64,000 nucleotides of DNA from Actinokineospora sp. (GTDB lineage Bacteria > Actinomycetota > Actinomycetes > Mycobacteriales > Pseudonocardiaceae). Below are positions 46,039-56,781 of this stretch, piece after piece (position 1 is the first letter of the stretch; each line of letters begins with the position of its first letter). Position numbers and translations under genes: made by a program. Where the stretch lies: assembly GCA_035540215.1 (NCBI GenBank), contig DATLIA010000372.1, positions 3,582 through 67,581 of the forward strand. Reading direction: 5' to 3'. Below the pieces are notes generated by a model. The model saw nothing but the letters and a program-made list of their open reading frames with translations. It searched no databases and was not told the origin of the DNA.

Positions 46039-46070
46039 GGAGCCCCGCCACTTCAACTCGGCGGGGCTCC
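46039..46070. terminator. Hairpin between convergent genes
   Basis: GGAGCCCCGCC-N10-GGCGGGGCTCC followed by TGCTGTTT. Confidence 0.75.
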
Positions 46071-46166
46071 TGCTGTTTCAGCGGCGGATCAGGTCGAGCG
46101 GGTCCGGCGTTGTCGCCGACGACGTGGTCCGGGTTGTGCGCGGCCACGCCCGCCCGTCATGGCATG

Positions 46167-46346
46167 TCATCGCCCGCTGGGAGGCGGGGGCGGCGGCGGC
46201 TCCCCACACGACCATGAGAAGGCGCCACTGGTGTCGCATGAGGGCGGGTCCTCGGTGTCGCCGAACGCGGCACTCGCCACACCCGCGCCAAGGCACATGG
46301 CCGCCGCGGCCAGACCCGCGACCAGCGCGGTTCTCAGCTTCCCCAT
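46167..46346 (-). CDS. Small secreted peptide, 59 aa (absent from the ORF track)
   Basis: GAGGAG SD 7 nt before ATG. MGKLRTALVAGLAAAAMCLGAGVASA-AFGDTEDPPSCDTSGAFSWSCGEPPPPPPPSGR, with a Sec-type signal ending in ASA. Confidence 0.7.
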   Translation of the reverse strand: MGKLRTALVAGLAAAAMCLGAGVASAAFGDTEDPPSCDTSGAFSWSCGEPPPPPPPSGR

Positions 46347-46456
46347 CGGTGTACTCCTCGCACTTGTGATCTTTGCTGGCAGTGTCGCCGAACGCGCCGA
46401 CGGTGCCCAGTGGTCGCGACGGCAGGTTCAGGACCAGGCGATGACAGGAAGCTGAC

Positions 46457-47440
46457 TCAGATCCAGCCGCGCCTGGCGGCCTCGGCCCCGGCCTCGAACC
46501 GGCTGCCCGCGTCGAGCCGCTCCATCAGCCGCGCGACCCGTCGCCGGAGGTGTCGCACTGAGACCCCGAGCAGCCTGGCCGCGCCTTCGTCGGTGCCCCC
46601 AGACGCCATATGGGCGAGAACCTGACGGTCCTCGTCGGTCAGCTCGGGCTCGGCCACGCGCTCGGCCCACGGGAGTTCCCGCGACTCGTCCCAGATGCGT
46701 TGGAACAGCCGGACGAACCCGGCGACCAGACCGGGCTGGCGCACGATCAGCGCCCCCATACGACTGTTGGCGGGATCGATTGGGACCACAGCGACCCGCT
46801 CGTCCATGACGACCAACCGCTCCAGGGCGACGTCGCTTACCCGGTACTGCGCGCCCGCGTCGCCCAGCTCGCGCAAGTAGGCGCGGTTGAGCTCGTCGTC
46901 GAGCACTGCGGCTTCGTAGACCACCCGCATGTCCAGGCCGCGGCGCAGGCCCCGCAGGTCCAGCGGCTTGCTCGCGGCCAGCGACTCGGCGGGCAGTGGG
47001 CCACCCGGCTGCACGGCGAAGACGCTGGTCCTGGTGAAGAACGACAGTTCCTCCAACGCGGCACGCACCGCGCCGAGGTCCTCGATCCGTTCGATGCCGT
47101 CCGCGGGCGGACTCGACCGTCGCTCCCACCGCGCGGCCAAGTCGGCGACCTCGCCGCGGGTGGCGCCGACCTTGCGGTGCTCGCGCAGCAGTTCGTCCTC
47201 GACCCGCTCGATCAGTTCACCGAGGGCGACCGCCGGATTGAGCAGGCGCACGGTCGCGGGCGCGGTGTCGTCCGGGCGGGCCACCCCAAGATCGATCAGC
47301 GCGGTCAACACCTTGCCGACGGCCTCGGGCTCGATCTCGACGCGTGCGGCGATGTCGTCGAGTCCGCTGGCCGGTTCGTCGAGCAGGAGTCGGTAGACCC
47401 GCTCCGCTCGTTCGTCGAAGCCCAGGGCGCGCAGCGTCAT
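46457..47440 (-). CDS. TrmB-wHTH / sensor / LuxR-HTH transcriptional regulator
   Basis: LRALGF....ERVYRLL, LVVMDER.AVVP, LGVSVRHLRRRV..LM..L.A.SRFEAG..A.RRGWI. Start reset to ATG 47440. Confidence 0.85.
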   Translation of the reverse strand: MTLRALGFDERAERVYRLLLDEPASGLDDIAARVEIEPEAVGKVLTALIDLGVARPDDTAPATVRLLNPAVALGELIERVEDELLREHRKVGATRGEVADLAARWERRSSPPADGIERIEDLGAVRAALEELSFFTRTSVFAVQPGGPLPAESLAASKPLDLRGLRRGLDMRVVYEAAVLDDELNRAYLRELGDAGAQYRVSDVALERLVVMDERVAVVPIDPANSRMGALIVRQPGLVAGFVRLFQRIWDESRELPWAERVAEPELTDEDRQVLAHMASGGTDEGAARLLGVSVRHLRRRVARLMERLDAGSRFEAGAEAARRGWI

Positions 47441-47542
47441 CGCGCACCGCTCGCGTCCGACCGATGGCTGGCTTGGACGGTCACCAGCGGCCTCCACTGC
47501 GTTCCGGCGCGATAGTCGATTCCGAGTGTTCTCGACGCGATC

Positions 47543-47572
47543 AAGGTAAAAGAGACTTGACAGCGTGTCAAG
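47543..47572 (-). promoter_or_regulatory. Sigma70-type promoter with an overlapping dyad
   Basis: Minus strand TTGACA-17 bp-TACCTT. The -35 lies inside the palindrome CTTGACA-gcg-TGTCAAG (47556-47572). Confidence 0.6.
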
Positions 47573-47600
47573 CATTCTTGACTCGCACCACACGGCTCGA

Positions 47601-47954
47601 CTATTCGGCCAAGAACTCGATCCGATTGCCCACCGGGTCGTCGGTGTGGAACCGCCTGCGCCCCGGGATCTCCGCCGGATCCGCCCAGTTCACCGGCGCG
47701 CCCGCCCGGGCAACGGCCGAACTGACCGCGTCGATATCCACCACGAACGCTGGATGAGCCTTGCGCGCCGCCCGGAAGTCGGCTTCGACGCCGACATGCA
47801 GCTCACCGCCGCCGGGCACGGCGAACCAGCAGCCGCCCCGCGCCGCGAGCAGCGGCGGTTTCGGCTGCTCGGACCAGCCGAGGACGCCCGCGTAGAACGC
47901 CCGCATCCGGTCCTCCGCACCGACCGGGCACGCGATCTGAACGTGATGGATCAC
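47601..47954 (-). CDS. VOC/glyoxalase family protein
   Basis: IHHVQ, FYAGVLG, KAHPAF, DPVGNRIEF. Start GTG 47954. Confidence 0.88.
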   Translation of the reverse strand: MIHHVQIACPVGAEDRMRAFYAGVLGWSEQPKPPLLAARGGCWFAVPGGGELHVGVEADFRAARKAHPAFVVDIDAVSSAVARAGAPVNWADPAEIPGRRRFHTDDPVGNRIEFLAE

Positions 47955-47991
47955 ATCTTTCCCTTCTGGCGGGGTCCCTTGAACCGGCTTA

Positions 47992-48007
47992 CAGGACAAG
48001 CGTACTG
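47992..48007. promoter_or_regulatory. AcnR operator upstream of acnA
   Basis: CAGGACAAGCGTACTG matches the corynebacterial/mycobacterial AcnR consensus CAGNACnnncGTACTG as recalled. Confidence 0.75.
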
Positions 48008-48094
48008 TTTGGGACGTGAGCCTGTCGATGCGCGCTCCGAGTGGGTGCGCGAGACTCAGTGCTCGAACCTGACTGACTTGCGCCGCCACTGGAG

Positions 48095-50914
48095 TTGGAC
48101 GTGACTACTGCTAGCAAGGACAGCTTCGGCGCCCGTGCCACGCTGACCGTCGGCGATGCCTCATACGAGGTGTTCCGACTCGACGCCGTGGAGGGGGCCG
48201 AGCGCCTGCCCTACAGCTTGAAGATCCTGCTGGAGAACCTGCTCCGCACCGAGGACGGCGCGAACATCACCGCCGACCACGTGCGCGCCCTCGCGGCCTG
48301 GGACCCGGCGGCCGAGCCGTCGACGGAGATCCAGTTCACCCCCGGCCGTGTGGTCATGCAGGACTTCACCGGCGTGCCCTGCGTGGTCGACCTGGCCACC
48401 ATGCGCGAGGCCGTCACCGCACTGGGCGGCGACCCGTCGAAGGTCAACCCGCTGGCCCCGGCCGAGCTGGTCATCGACCACTCGGTCATCGCCGACATCT
48501 TCGGCCGCCCGGACGCCTTCGAGAGCAATGTGGACCTGGAGTACCAGCGCAACAAGGAGCGCTACCAGTTCCTGCGCTGGGGCCAGACCGCCTTCGACGA
48601 GTTCAAGGTCGTCCCCCCGGGCACCGGCATCGTCCACCAGGTCAACATCGAGCACCTGGCCCGCGTCGTCATGGTCCGCAACGGTGTCGCCTACCCGGAC
48701 ACCGTGGTCGGCACCGACTCGCACACCACCATGGTCAACGGCCTGGGCGTGCTGGGCTGGGGCGTGGGCGGCATCGAGGCCGAGGCCGCGATGCTGGGCC
48801 AGCCGGTCTCCATGCTGATCCCCCGCGTGGTCGGCTTCAAGCTGCACGGCGAGCTGCCCGCGGGCGCCACCGCGACCGACCTGGTGCTGACGATCACCGA
48901 GATGCTGCGCAAGCAGGGCGTCGTCGGCAAGTTCGTCGAGTTCTACGGCACGGGCGTCACCGCCGTCCCGTTGGCCAACCGCGCCACCATCGGCAACATG
49001 AGCCCCGAGTTCGGCTCCACCGCGGCGATCTTCCCGGTCGACCAGGAGACCATCGACTACCTGCGCTTCACCGGCCGCAGCGAGGAGCAGGTCGCGCTGG
49101 TCGAGGCCTACGCCAAGGCGCAGGGCCTCTGGCACGACCCGTCCATCGAGCCGGTCTTCTCCGAGACCCTTGAGCTGGACCTGGCCACGGTCGTCCCGTC
49201 GATCGCGGGCCCGAAGCGTCCGCAGGACCGCATCGAGCTGACCGACGCCAAGCAGGCGTTCCGCGCCGCGCTGGGTGCCTACGTCGCCCACGAGGACAGC
49301 GCCCCGCTGTCCACTGTGGACGAGTCGTCGGACGAATCGTTCCCGGCCAGTGACTCCCCCGCGCCCGCCGCGAGCGGCAACGGCAAGTCGGGCAAGCCGT
49401 TCGACTACCACTCGGCCGCCGCGGGCGCCGAGGGCCGCACGTCCAAGCCGACCACGGTCACCCTCGACGGCCAGACCTTCGAGCTGGACCACGGCGCCGT
49501 CGCGATCGCGGCGATCACCTCGTGCACCAACACGTCCAACCCGTCGGTCATGATCGGCGCGGCGCTGCTGGCGAAGAAGGCCGTCGACCGCGGCCTGAAC
49601 CGCAAGCCGTGGGTCAAGACCACGCTGGCGCCGGGGTCCAAGGTCGTCATGGACTACTACGACCGCGCGGGCCTCACCCCGTACCTGGACAAGCTGGGCT
49701 TCAACCTGGTCGGCTACGGCTGCACCACGTGCATCGGCAACTCCGGCCCGCTGCAGGACGAGATCTCCGCCGGTGTCCAGGAAGCCGACCTCGCGGTGGT
49801 GTCGGTGCTGTCCGGCAACCGCAACTTCGAGGGCCGGATCAACCCGGACATCAAGATGAACTACCTGGCCTCCCCGCCGCTGGTGGTGGCCTACGCGCTG
49901 GCCGGGTCGATGGACATCGACATCACCACCGAGCCGCTGGGCACGGGTTCGGACGGTCAGCCGGTGTTCCTCTCCGACATCTGGCCCACGCCGCAGGAGA
50001 TCTCCGAGACCATCGCCTCGGCGCTGTCCGCGGAGAGCTTCGCCGACAGCTACAAGGACGTCTTCGCGGGTGACGAGCGCTGGCAGTCGCTGCCCACGCC
50101 GACCGGCAAGACCTTCGAGTGGGACGCGGAGTCCACCTACGTCCGCAAGCCCCCGTACTTCGACGGCATGACGATGGAGACCACCCCCGTCACCGACATC
50201 GCGGGCGCTCGCGTGCTCGCGCTGCTCGGCGACTCGGTCACCACCGACCACATCTCCCCCGCGGGCGCCATCAAGCAGGACACCCCGGCAGGCAAGTACC
50301 TCACCGAGCACAACGTCGAGCGCAAGGACTTCAACTCCTACGGCTCGCGGCGCGGCAACCACGAGGTCATGATCCGCGGCACCTTCGCCAACATCCGGCT
50401 GCGCAACCTGCTGCTCGATGACGTCCAGGGTGGCTACACCCGCGACTTCACCAACGGCGGCGAGCAGGCCTTCATCTACGACGCGGCGCAGAACTACGCG
50501 GCGGCGGGGATCGGCCTGGTCGTGCTGGCGGGCAAGGAGTACGGCTCCGGCTCGTCGCGTGACTGGGCGGCCAAGGGCACCTCGCTGCTGGGTGTCCGCG
50601 CGGTCATCGCGGAGTCCTTCGAGCGCATCCACCGGTCGAACCTGATCGGCATGGGCGTGCTGCCGATGCAGTTCCCCGCGGGCCAGACCGCGGCGTCGCT
50701 TGGCCTGGACGGCACCGAGACGTTCGACATCTCGGGCGTCACCGGGCTCAACGACGGCACCACCCCGCGCACGCTCAAGGTCACCGCGACCAAGGGTGAC
50801 GGGTCCACTGTGGAGTTCGACGCGGACCTGCGCATCGACACCCCCGGTGAGGCCGACTACTACCGCAACGGCGGCATCATGCAGTACGTCCTGCGCAAGA
50901 TGGTGAACAGCTAG
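48095..50914 (+). CDS. acnA: Aconitate hydratase A
   Basis: [39 protein letters not shown]. Start may be GTG 48101. Confidence 0.97.
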   Translation: MDVTTASKDSFGARATLTVGDASYEVFRLDAVEGAERLPYSLKILLENLLRTEDGANITADHVRALAAWDPAAEPSTEIQFTPGRVVMQDFTGVPCVVDLATMREAVTALGGDPSKVNPLAPAELVIDHSVIADIFGRPDAFESNVDLEYQRNKERYQFLRWGQTAFDEFKVVPPGTGIVHQVNIEHLARVVMVRNGVAYPDTVVGTDSHTTMVNGLGVLGWGVGGIEAEAAMLGQPVSMLIPRVVGFKLHGELPAGATATDLVLTITEMLRKQGVVGKFVEFYGTGVTAVPLANRATIGNMSPEFGSTAAIFPVDQETIDYLRFTGRSEEQVALVEAYAKAQGLWHDPSIEPVFSETLELDLATVVPSIAGPKRPQDRIELTDAKQAFRAALGAYVAHEDSAPLSTVDESSDESFPASDSPAPAASGNGKSGKPFDYHSAAAGAEGRTSKPTTVTLDGQTFELDHGAVAIAAITSCTNTSNPSVMIGAALLAKKAVDRGLNRKPWVKTTLAPGSKVVMDYYDRAGLTPYLDKLGFNLVGYGCTTCIGNSGPLQDEISAGVQEADLAVVSVLSGNRNFEGRINPDIKMNYLASPPLVVAYALAGSMDIDITTEPLGTGSDGQPVFLSDIWPTPQEISETIASALSAESFADSYKDVFAGDERWQSLPTPTGKTFEWDAESTYVRKPPYFDGMTMETTPVTDIAGARVLALLGDSVTTDHISPAGAIKQDTPAGKYLTEHNVERKDFNSYGSRRGNHEVMIRGTFANIRLRNLLLDDVQGGYTRDFTNGGEQAFIYDAAQNYAAAGIGLVVLAGKEYGSGSSRDWAAKGTSLLGVRAVIAESFERIHRSNLIGMGVLPMQFPAGQTAASLGLDGTETFDISGVTGLNDGTTPRTLKVTATKGDGSTVEFDADLRIDTPGEADYYRNGGIMQYVLRKMVNS

Positions 50915-50954
50915 CTAGTCCGCCTCCCCGAAATTCTGAGTTTTGGTCCCGTTT

Positions 50955-50995
50955 CTGGGCCACGGTGCGGAAATGCGCGTGCCGTGGCCCAGTTT
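50955..50995 (+). terminator. Probable acnA terminator
   Basis: CTGGGCCACGG...CCGTGGCCCAG stem followed by TTT. Confidence 0.6.
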
Positions 50996-51059
50996 CGTTC
51001 CGGTCCCCTTAGGTGCCGGTTGAAACCAACACCGGTACTGATCGGCTGGAAGGAGTGAG

Positions 51060-51776
51060 ATGACCCTGGCACTGGTGATCGCGGGGCTGATCATGATGGT
51101 CGGGGCTGCGGTCCAAGGCACTATCGGCTTCGGCCTGAACCTGATCGCCGGGCCGATCCTGGCGCTGATCGACCCGATGCTCGTCCCGGTCCCGGTCCTG
51201 TTCGCGGGCACCGCCCTGGCCGCGATGATGATGACCCGCGAACGCGGGCACATCGAGTGGTCCGGTGTCGGGTGGGCCATGTTGGGCAGGCTGCCGGGGA
51301 ATTTACTCGGCGTGCTGGCGCTGGCGACGCTGCCTGCGACCGGGTTCAACCTGGTGATCGGCGTGAGCGTGCTGGTGTGCGTGGCGCTGTCGGTGATCAC
51401 GTGGAAGCCGCAGCCGACCCGTCCCGCACTCGTCGTGGCGGGCACCGCCTCAGGCGCGTTCGGCACGATCGCGTCGATCGGCGGCCCGCCCATCGCGCTG
51501 ATCTACCAGAACCAGTCCGGCCCGACGATCCGCTCGACCCTGAGCGCGTTCTTCCTGCTGGCCTCGATCTCGTCGCTGATCACCCTGGCCGCGACCGGCC
51601 ACGTCGAACAGCGGCACCTGACGGCGGCGGCGTTCCTGGTCCCGTTCCTGTTCGCCGGGATGCTGATCTCCGGGCCACTGCGCAAGCACGTCGAGGGCCC
51701 ACGGCTGCGCGTCGGGGTCCTCGCGGTCGCCACGGCGAGCGCGCTGTTGCTTATCGGCCGGAGTCTGCTGGGCTGA
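51060..51776 (+). CDS. TauE/SafE (TSUP) family exporter
   Basis: VQGTIGFG, SIGGPP, multiple TMs. Confidence 0.87.
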   Translation: MTLALVIAGLIMMVGAAVQGTIGFGLNLIAGPILALIDPMLVPVPVLFAGTALAAMMMTRERGHIEWSGVGWAMLGRLPGNLLGVLALATLPATGFNLVIGVSVLVCVALSVITWKPQPTRPALVVAGTASGAFGTIASIGGPPIALIYQNQSGPTIRSTLSAFFLLASISSLITLAATGHVEQRHLTAAAFLVPFLFAGMLISGPLRKHVEGPRLRVGVLAVATASALLLIGRSLLG

Positions 51777-52230
51777 GCACGAAGACCTTGATCTCACGGT
51801 CGGCGCGCTCGGCGTAGACGTCGTAGGCGGGCCAGGTGCGCAGTAGCACCTGCCAGAGTTCCCGCCGCTCGTCGCCGGTGGCGATCCGCGCGGTGACGGC
51901 CTGCTCGCGGCCGCGGACGCTGATCTTGGCAGCCGGGTTCGCGGCCAGGTTCAAGCTCCACAGCGGCGGTTTCGGCTTGCCCCAGTTGGAGCCGACGATC
52001 AGGTAGCCGCCGTCGTGCGGGACGCAGAGCAGCGGGGTGGACCTCGGCTTGCCGGACTTGCGTCCGGTGACGGTGAGGACAAGGTCGGGCAGCCCCGCGA
52101 CGCGCAGGATCGTGATCCTGCCCCGGCTCACCCGCTCCAGGAACCGGTCGATGCCCACGATCGCGGGCGCGAACTTGGGCAGCCACGACACCTTGCCGAG
52201 TCGGCGGACGGCTGGGGTAAGCGGATTCAT
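51751..52230 (-). CDS. Deazaflavin (F420)-dependent nitroreductase family protein
   Basis: LTVTGRKSG.PR.TPL, SNWG...P.W..NL.ANP, R.I.VF.L. Start ATG 52230. Confidence 0.9.
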   Translation of the reverse strand: MNPLTPAVRRLGKVSWLPKFAPAIVGIDRFLERVSRGRITILRVAGLPDLVLTVTGRKSGKPRSTPLLCVPHDGGYLIVGSNWGKPKPPLWSLNLAANPAAKISVRGREQAVTARIATGDERRELWQVLLRTWPAYDVYAERADREIKVFVLSPADSGR

Positions 52231-52240
52231 AGCGGTGAAC

Positions 52241-53674
52241 CTACTGCGGCTGATCACCATCCGGCCATGTGTGCGCCCACGGTTGGGCCTGTTCCAATTG
52301 GGCCGCCAGCCGCAGCAAGGTCGCCTCGCCACCGAAGCCGCCCATCAGGTGCACGCCGATCGGGAGCCCCGCCGCGGTCCGATACAGCGGCACGCTCATC
52401 GCGGCCCGGCCGGTCAGGTTGGCGGTGATCAGCGGGAACGCGACGAAACCGGCGGCGACGCGCTCGGACTCGGCCGGGTCGTCGGCGGCCATGGCGCCCA
52501 GGAGCGGGGGCGGCTGGGCCAGGGTCGGCGACAGCCACAGGTCGAAGTCGGCCATCGCGGCGGCGGCGTCACGGGCGAAGCGCTGGATGGCGGTGAGTGC
52601 CATGAGCAGGTCGCCGCCCGAGACGCACCGGCCGCGCTCCCAGTACTGGCGGGTGAGTGGTTCGAGGTCACCTGCGCCGGGTTCCCGGCCCAGTTCGGCC
52701 GACCAGCGGCGGATCGTCCAGTCGAGCGAGGCGCCGTACAGCCTGCCGATGGCACTGCCGACCTCCGGCGTGAGTTCGGTGAGGTCGCGCTCGAAGACGT
52801 GGTGGCCGAGGGATTCCAGGAGCGCGACCGCGTGGTCGAGTGCGGCGAGGCAGTCGGTGTGCACCGGGTGGTCGTCGGGGGTGCGGCGGGTCACCGCGAT
52901 CCTCAGCCGCCCCGGCGGCCTGCCGACCTCGGCCGCCCACGTGCCGCTGTGCGGGGGTGCCGGGTAGGGGTCGCCGGGCGCGGGCCCGGCGGTGATGTCG
53001 AGGAGTGCGGCGCTGTCGCGGACGGTGCGGGTCAGCACGTGGTCGGTGAGCGTCCCGAGAAACGCGTCGCCGTGGCGGGGGCCGAGGGAGTTGCGCGCGC
53101 GGGTGGGCTTGAGACCGAACAAGCCGCAGCAAGAGGCCGGAATACGGATCGATCCGCCGACGTCGTTGCCATGGGCGACCGGGACCATCCCGGCGGCCAC
53201 GGCGGCGGCCGACCCGCCACTGGAGCCGCCCGTGGTGCGGGCGGCGGCCCACGGGTTCGCGGTCGGCCCGTGCAGCCGGGGTTCCGCGGTGGGAGCCATG
53301 CCGAACTCCGAGGTGTTCGTCTTGCCCATCACCACGAACCCCGCCGCGCGCAGCCTGCGCACGTACTCCTGGTCTCCGCGGGAGACATGGCCCCGCAGGA
53401 ACGCCGAGCCCTCAGCGCATGGGAGGCCATCGACCTCGGCGCACAGATCCTTGATCAGGATGGGCACCCCGGCGAAGGGCAGGTCGGGGTCGAGGCGGCA
53501 CGCGGTCTTGACCGCCCGGTCGTAGTCGGTGGCGATCACCGCGTTGAGCTCCGGATTGAACGTCTCGATCCGCTCTATCGCGTCGCGGACCAGTTCGACG
53601 GGCCGAACCACCCGCAGGTGGACGAGGTCGGCCAGCTCCGTGGCGTCGAATCGGGCGGTGGAGGTCCCCTGCAT
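52241..53674 (-). CDS. Amidase signature family enzyme
   Basis: [25 protein letters not shown]. Confidence 0.92.
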   Translation of the reverse strand: MQGTSTARFDATELADLVHLRVVRPVELVRDAIERIETFNPELNAVIATDYDRAVKTACRLDPDLPFAGVPILIKDLCAEVDGLPCAEGSAFLRGHVSRGDQEYVRRLRAAGFVVMGKTNTSEFGMAPTAEPRLHGPTANPWAAARTTGGSSGGSAAAVAAGMVPVAHGNDVGGSIRIPASCCGLFGLKPTRARNSLGPRHGDAFLGTLTDHVLTRTVRDSAALLDITAGPAPGDPYPAPPHSGTWAAEVGRPPGRLRIAVTRRTPDDHPVHTDCLAALDHAVALLESLGHHVFERDLTELTPEVGSAIGRLYGASLDWTIRRWSAELGREPGAGDLEPLTRQYWERGRCVSGGDLLMALTAIQRFARDAAAAMADFDLWLSPTLAQPPPLLGAMAADDPAESERVAAGFVAFPLITANLTGRAAMSVPLYRTAAGLPIGVHLMGGFGGEATLLRLAAQLEQAQPWAHTWPDGDQPQ

Positions 53675-53693
53675 CCGGCCAGTGTGGACTGGC

Positions 53694-54356
53694 CTACCAG
53701 GCCACTCCTATGGCCTTTCGGACCGTTTCCGGCCGGTCGATGACGGCGAGCATGGCGTGGGCGACGTCGGCGCGGGAGATCGTGGACCCGCCCCGGAGGT
53801 TCTGCTCGATCGCGATGCGGTACTCGCCGGTCAGCGGCTTGTCGATGAGGCGCGGTGGGCGCACGGCGGTCCAGTCGAGGTCGCTGTCGCGCAGCAGGTC
53901 CTCCATCCGGGCCAGGTCGGCGTAGTGGGCGCGGAGGACGGCTTTGATCATCGGGGAGAGCAGCGTGCGCATGACGATCCCCTCCCCCGGGTCACGCGGC
54001 GGGTTGGGCCTGCCGGGCGACGGGGTGGTCGACACCGGAGCGGCGCTGACCACCACCAGCCGCCGGACCGCCGCCGTCCGCATCGCCTCGACGATGGCTC
54101 GGGTCCCCGGCGCGGTGATCCCCGCGTCGGACCGCGAGCGCGGACCGAGCCCCGACAGCACGGCGTCGGCCCCAGCCACCGCGGATTCCATAGCTGCGGG
54201 GTCGGCTTTGGCCAGGTCGGCGGTGACCGCCCGGACTCCTGGCGTCAGTTTGCCCGGATCCCGAACGACAGCGGTGACGTCATGACCCGCGGCCAGAGCC
54301 TGCTCGACGAGCGCGTGCCCGACGCGACCCGTCGCAGCGAAAACGGTGAGTTTCAC
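53694..54356 (-). CDS. NAD(P)H-binding oxidoreductase (BVR-B/atypical SDR)
   Basis: FAATGRVG, LDWTAVRPP, ISRADVA. Confidence 0.88.
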   Translation of the reverse strand: MKLTVFAATGRVGHALVEQALAAGHDVTAVVRDPGKLTPGVRAVTADLAKADPAAMESAVAGADAVLSGLGPRSRSDAGITAPGTRAIVEAMRTAAVRRLVVVSAAPVSTTPSPGRPNPPRDPGEGIVMRTLLSPMIKAVLRAHYADLARMEDLLRDSDLDWTAVRPPRLIDKPLTGEYRIAIEQNLRGGSTISRADVAHAMLAVIDRPETVRKAIGVAW

Positions 54357-54420
54357 GGTGTTCCCTCCAGGACAAGGTAGTTTGTTCTCTGAGAACCGGA
54401 TAATACGAGAAGGATATCAT

Positions 54421-54903
54421 ATGAGTTCCGTACCTTCTGGTGACGCGCGTCGCAGGCGTCGGCTGGTGACGGGGCTGCGCGACGGGCTGCGGGAGCTGAG
54501 CGTGCAGCTCACCCTGCTCAACAGCCAGGTCAGCGGCAAACTGGATCTGCGCGACGCCGACCTGCAGTGCCTGGACCTGATCGCCCGGCTCGGCCCGCTC
54601 TCCCCCAGTGCGCTGGCCAAGCGGGCAAGCGTCCACCCAGCGACGATGACGGGGATCCTGGACCGCCTGGAACGGGCGGGCTTCGTCGCCCGTGACCGCG
54701 ATCCCAACGACCGCCGGTCGGTGTTGATCCGGGCCATGCCGGAACGCGGCGCCGAGGTATTCGCGCTGTACGCGGGCATGAACAGCGCGATGGACGGAAT
54801 CCTCGCCGACTACGACGAGGATCAGCTCACCGTGATCGCAGACTTCCTCCGCCGCACCACCACGGCGGGCCAGGCGGCGACCGACGACCTGGCTAAAGGC
54901 TGA
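54421..54903 (+). CDS. MarR family regulator
   Basis: TGILDRLERAGFV.R..D..DRR, divergent from the oxidoreductase. Start ATG 54421. Confidence 0.9.
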   Translation: MSSVPSGDARRRRRLVTGLRDGLRELSVQLTLLNSQVSGKLDLRDADLQCLDLIARLGPLSPSALAKRASVHPATMTGILDRLERAGFVARDRDPNDRRSVLIRAMPERGAEVFALYAGMNSAMDGILADYDEDQLTVIADFLRRTTTAGQAATDDLAKG

Positions 54904-56155
54904 CCCGCATAACGATGAACAGCAGCAGAGGCACCAGGCCTCGCAGCTGCGCGAAGACATCGGCCGAGAACATGCCGAACGGTGTGTCCAGCAGCAACCC
55001 GGTGTACGGGGTCGGCGGCCGGGTCGCGACGCGGTAGGTCACGACCACGGCGGCGACCGGGGTGACCAGCAGCCCGGCGGACAGCGGCACGGCGAACGCG
55101 GTCACCACGGTCCAGAGCACCGCGCCGACCATCGGCACCACCACGTGCGCGGCACGGACAGCCCGGTCGCCGAGCCCGAGGCCGAACCGCAGCGCGGGCG
55201 ACCGACCGACCGACCTCAGGCCTGCTGCCAGCTTTCCGGTCGCGACCACCGCCGCGATCAGATGGACGATGGGGAGCGCCATGTCCGTCAGGAGCGGCGC
55301 GACAACGGGGACAGCGACAGCGAGCCCGACCCACCACGCCTGCGCGGCGCGGTTGCGGGCGACCCGCCGCAGGTCGGCGCTGATCAGTGCGCGCACGCCG
55401 GTCCCGGTGAACCGCCGCCACCGGACGGTCCCGATCCGCAGCCACCGGCGCTCGTCGACCACCCCGGTGAGCAGGGACAGATCCGCCCACGCGGCGGCCG
55501 ACCACACGGCCCCGACCACCGTGCCGTCCAGGGCCTGCCTGGTCAACCGCGCCAGTGCGCGGTATCCGAGGAGCACCAGCACCCCGGACACCAAAGCGCA
55601 CAGACCGGTGGTGACCAGCAGCGCTCCCGGCCACACGACCAGCGCGCCCGCCAACGCCATGCCCGGTCCGACAATCCAGGCGGCCCGCCGGTCCGCCTGC
55701 CACACCACGGTTCCCGCCGCCAGGCCCACCCCGGCCACCGCGCCCGTCACGATGGTCGGCCCTAATCCGACCATCGCGCCGAGAACCGCACCAACGCCCG
55801 CCGCGCCGAGGAGCAGTCCCGCGTATCGGCGAGCGAGCAGGTCGCGGCGGTCGAGGGGGGTGGCGAGCAGCCAGTACCCGGTGGCCCCGCCCGCCACTAC
55901 CGGTCCAGCCGCGACCAGCCCGCGCACGGCCAGAGCGACAATTCCGACCGCCACGGCGACAAGCAGCCCCGTGTCCGCCACCGCGTCCGGTCTGACCACT
56001 TTGGACAGCAACCACGGCACGAAGTCGATCGCCGCGCCACTGAGCACAAGCACGGTCAACGCCGCGGCGTAGCCGTCACCGAACCGGTCACCGACGGACC
56101 GCGGCACCCGGCGGGCAGTCCGCAGGACAGCGAGAACCTCCCGCACGGAGGTCAT
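54893..56155 (-). CDS. Multi-TM membrane protein (DUF6297-like), probable ABC permease partner
   Basis: Start ATG 56155 overlapping the ATPase stop, GPV, WLLATPLDR, DTPFG. Confidence 0.7.
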   Translation of the reverse strand: MTSVREVLAVLRTARRVPRSVGDRFGDGYAAALTVLVLSGAAIDFVPWLLSKVVRPDAVADTGLLVAVAVGIVALAVRGLVAAGPVVAGGATGYWLLATPLDRRDLLARRYAGLLLGAAGVGAVLGAMVGLGPTIVTGAVAGVGLAAGTVVWQADRRAAWIVGPGMALAGALVVWPGALLVTTGLCALVSGVLVLLGYRALARLTRQALDGTVVGAVWSAAAWADLSLLTGVVDERRWLRIGTVRWRRFTGTGVRALISADLRRVARNRAAQAWWVGLAVAVPVVAPLLTDMALPIVHLIAAVVATGKLAAGLRSVGRSPALRFGLGLGDRAVRAAHVVVPMVGAVLWTVVTAFAVPLSAGLLVTPVAAVVVTYRVATRPPTPYTGLLLDTPFGMFSADVFAQLRGLVPLLLFIVMRVSL

Positions 56156-56775
56156 CCGATCGCGACGATCTCGTCGGCCACCGCGTCGCGCAGTTCGTCG
56201 TCGTGGGTGGCCAGCAGGATCGCGCGACCGTCGCCCTTCTCGGCGAGCAGGCGCTTGGTCAGGCCCTGCCTGCCAACGACGTCGAGCCGCTGCTCCGGCT
56301 CGTCCAGTACCAGGACCGAGCGTGGCCGCACGAAACACGAGGCCAGCATGAACCGTCTGCGCTGGCCACTGGACAACGTCACCGGAAGCTGCGCGGCGGC
56401 CGCCGTCAGCCCGAACTCGCCGAGCACGCCCGCGAGGTCGGGTTCGGTGTCCCCGTGGGCGCGGGCGAGCAGATCGAGATGTTCGGCGACGGAGAGGTCC
56501 GGGAAGAAGTCGACGTCGTCGAGCACGCAGGCCACCGCTGCCCGCGCGGTCGGATCGGTTTCCCGCAGCGGCCGCCCATCCAGCCGGATCTCGCCCGCGT
56601 CCGGGATCAGTGCGCCGACCACGCACCGCAACAGGGTGGTCTTGCCGGCGCCGTTCGCACCCACCACCGCGACCGCGCGGCCCGCGTCGACCGTCAGGCT
56701 GATCCCGTCCAGCACGACCCGGTCGCCGAGCCGCTTGGTCAGCCCGACGACGTCCAACCGTGCCAGCCGACTCAC
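56152..56775 (-). CDS. ABC transporter ATP-binding protein
   Basis: GANGAGKT, LSSGQ, VLDEPEQRLD, ATHD. Confidence 0.92.
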   Translation of the reverse strand: MSRLARLDVVGLTKRLGDRVVLDGISLTVDAGRAVAVVGANGAGKTTLLRCVVGALIPDAGEIRLDGRPLRETDPTARAAVACVLDDVDFFPDLSVAEHLDLLARAHGDTEPDLAGVLGEFGLTAAAAQLPVTLSSGQRRRFMLASCFVRPRSVLVLDEPEQRLDVVGRQGLTKRLLAEKGDGRAILLATHDDELRDAVADEIVAIG

Positions 56776-56781
56776 CCCCAG

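Noticed and set aside
46167-46346. Peptide as a RiPP precursor
   Set aside because: No modifying enzymes (P450, radical SAM, YcaO, Lan) are adjacent, and it has a Sec-type signal rather than a RiPP leader.
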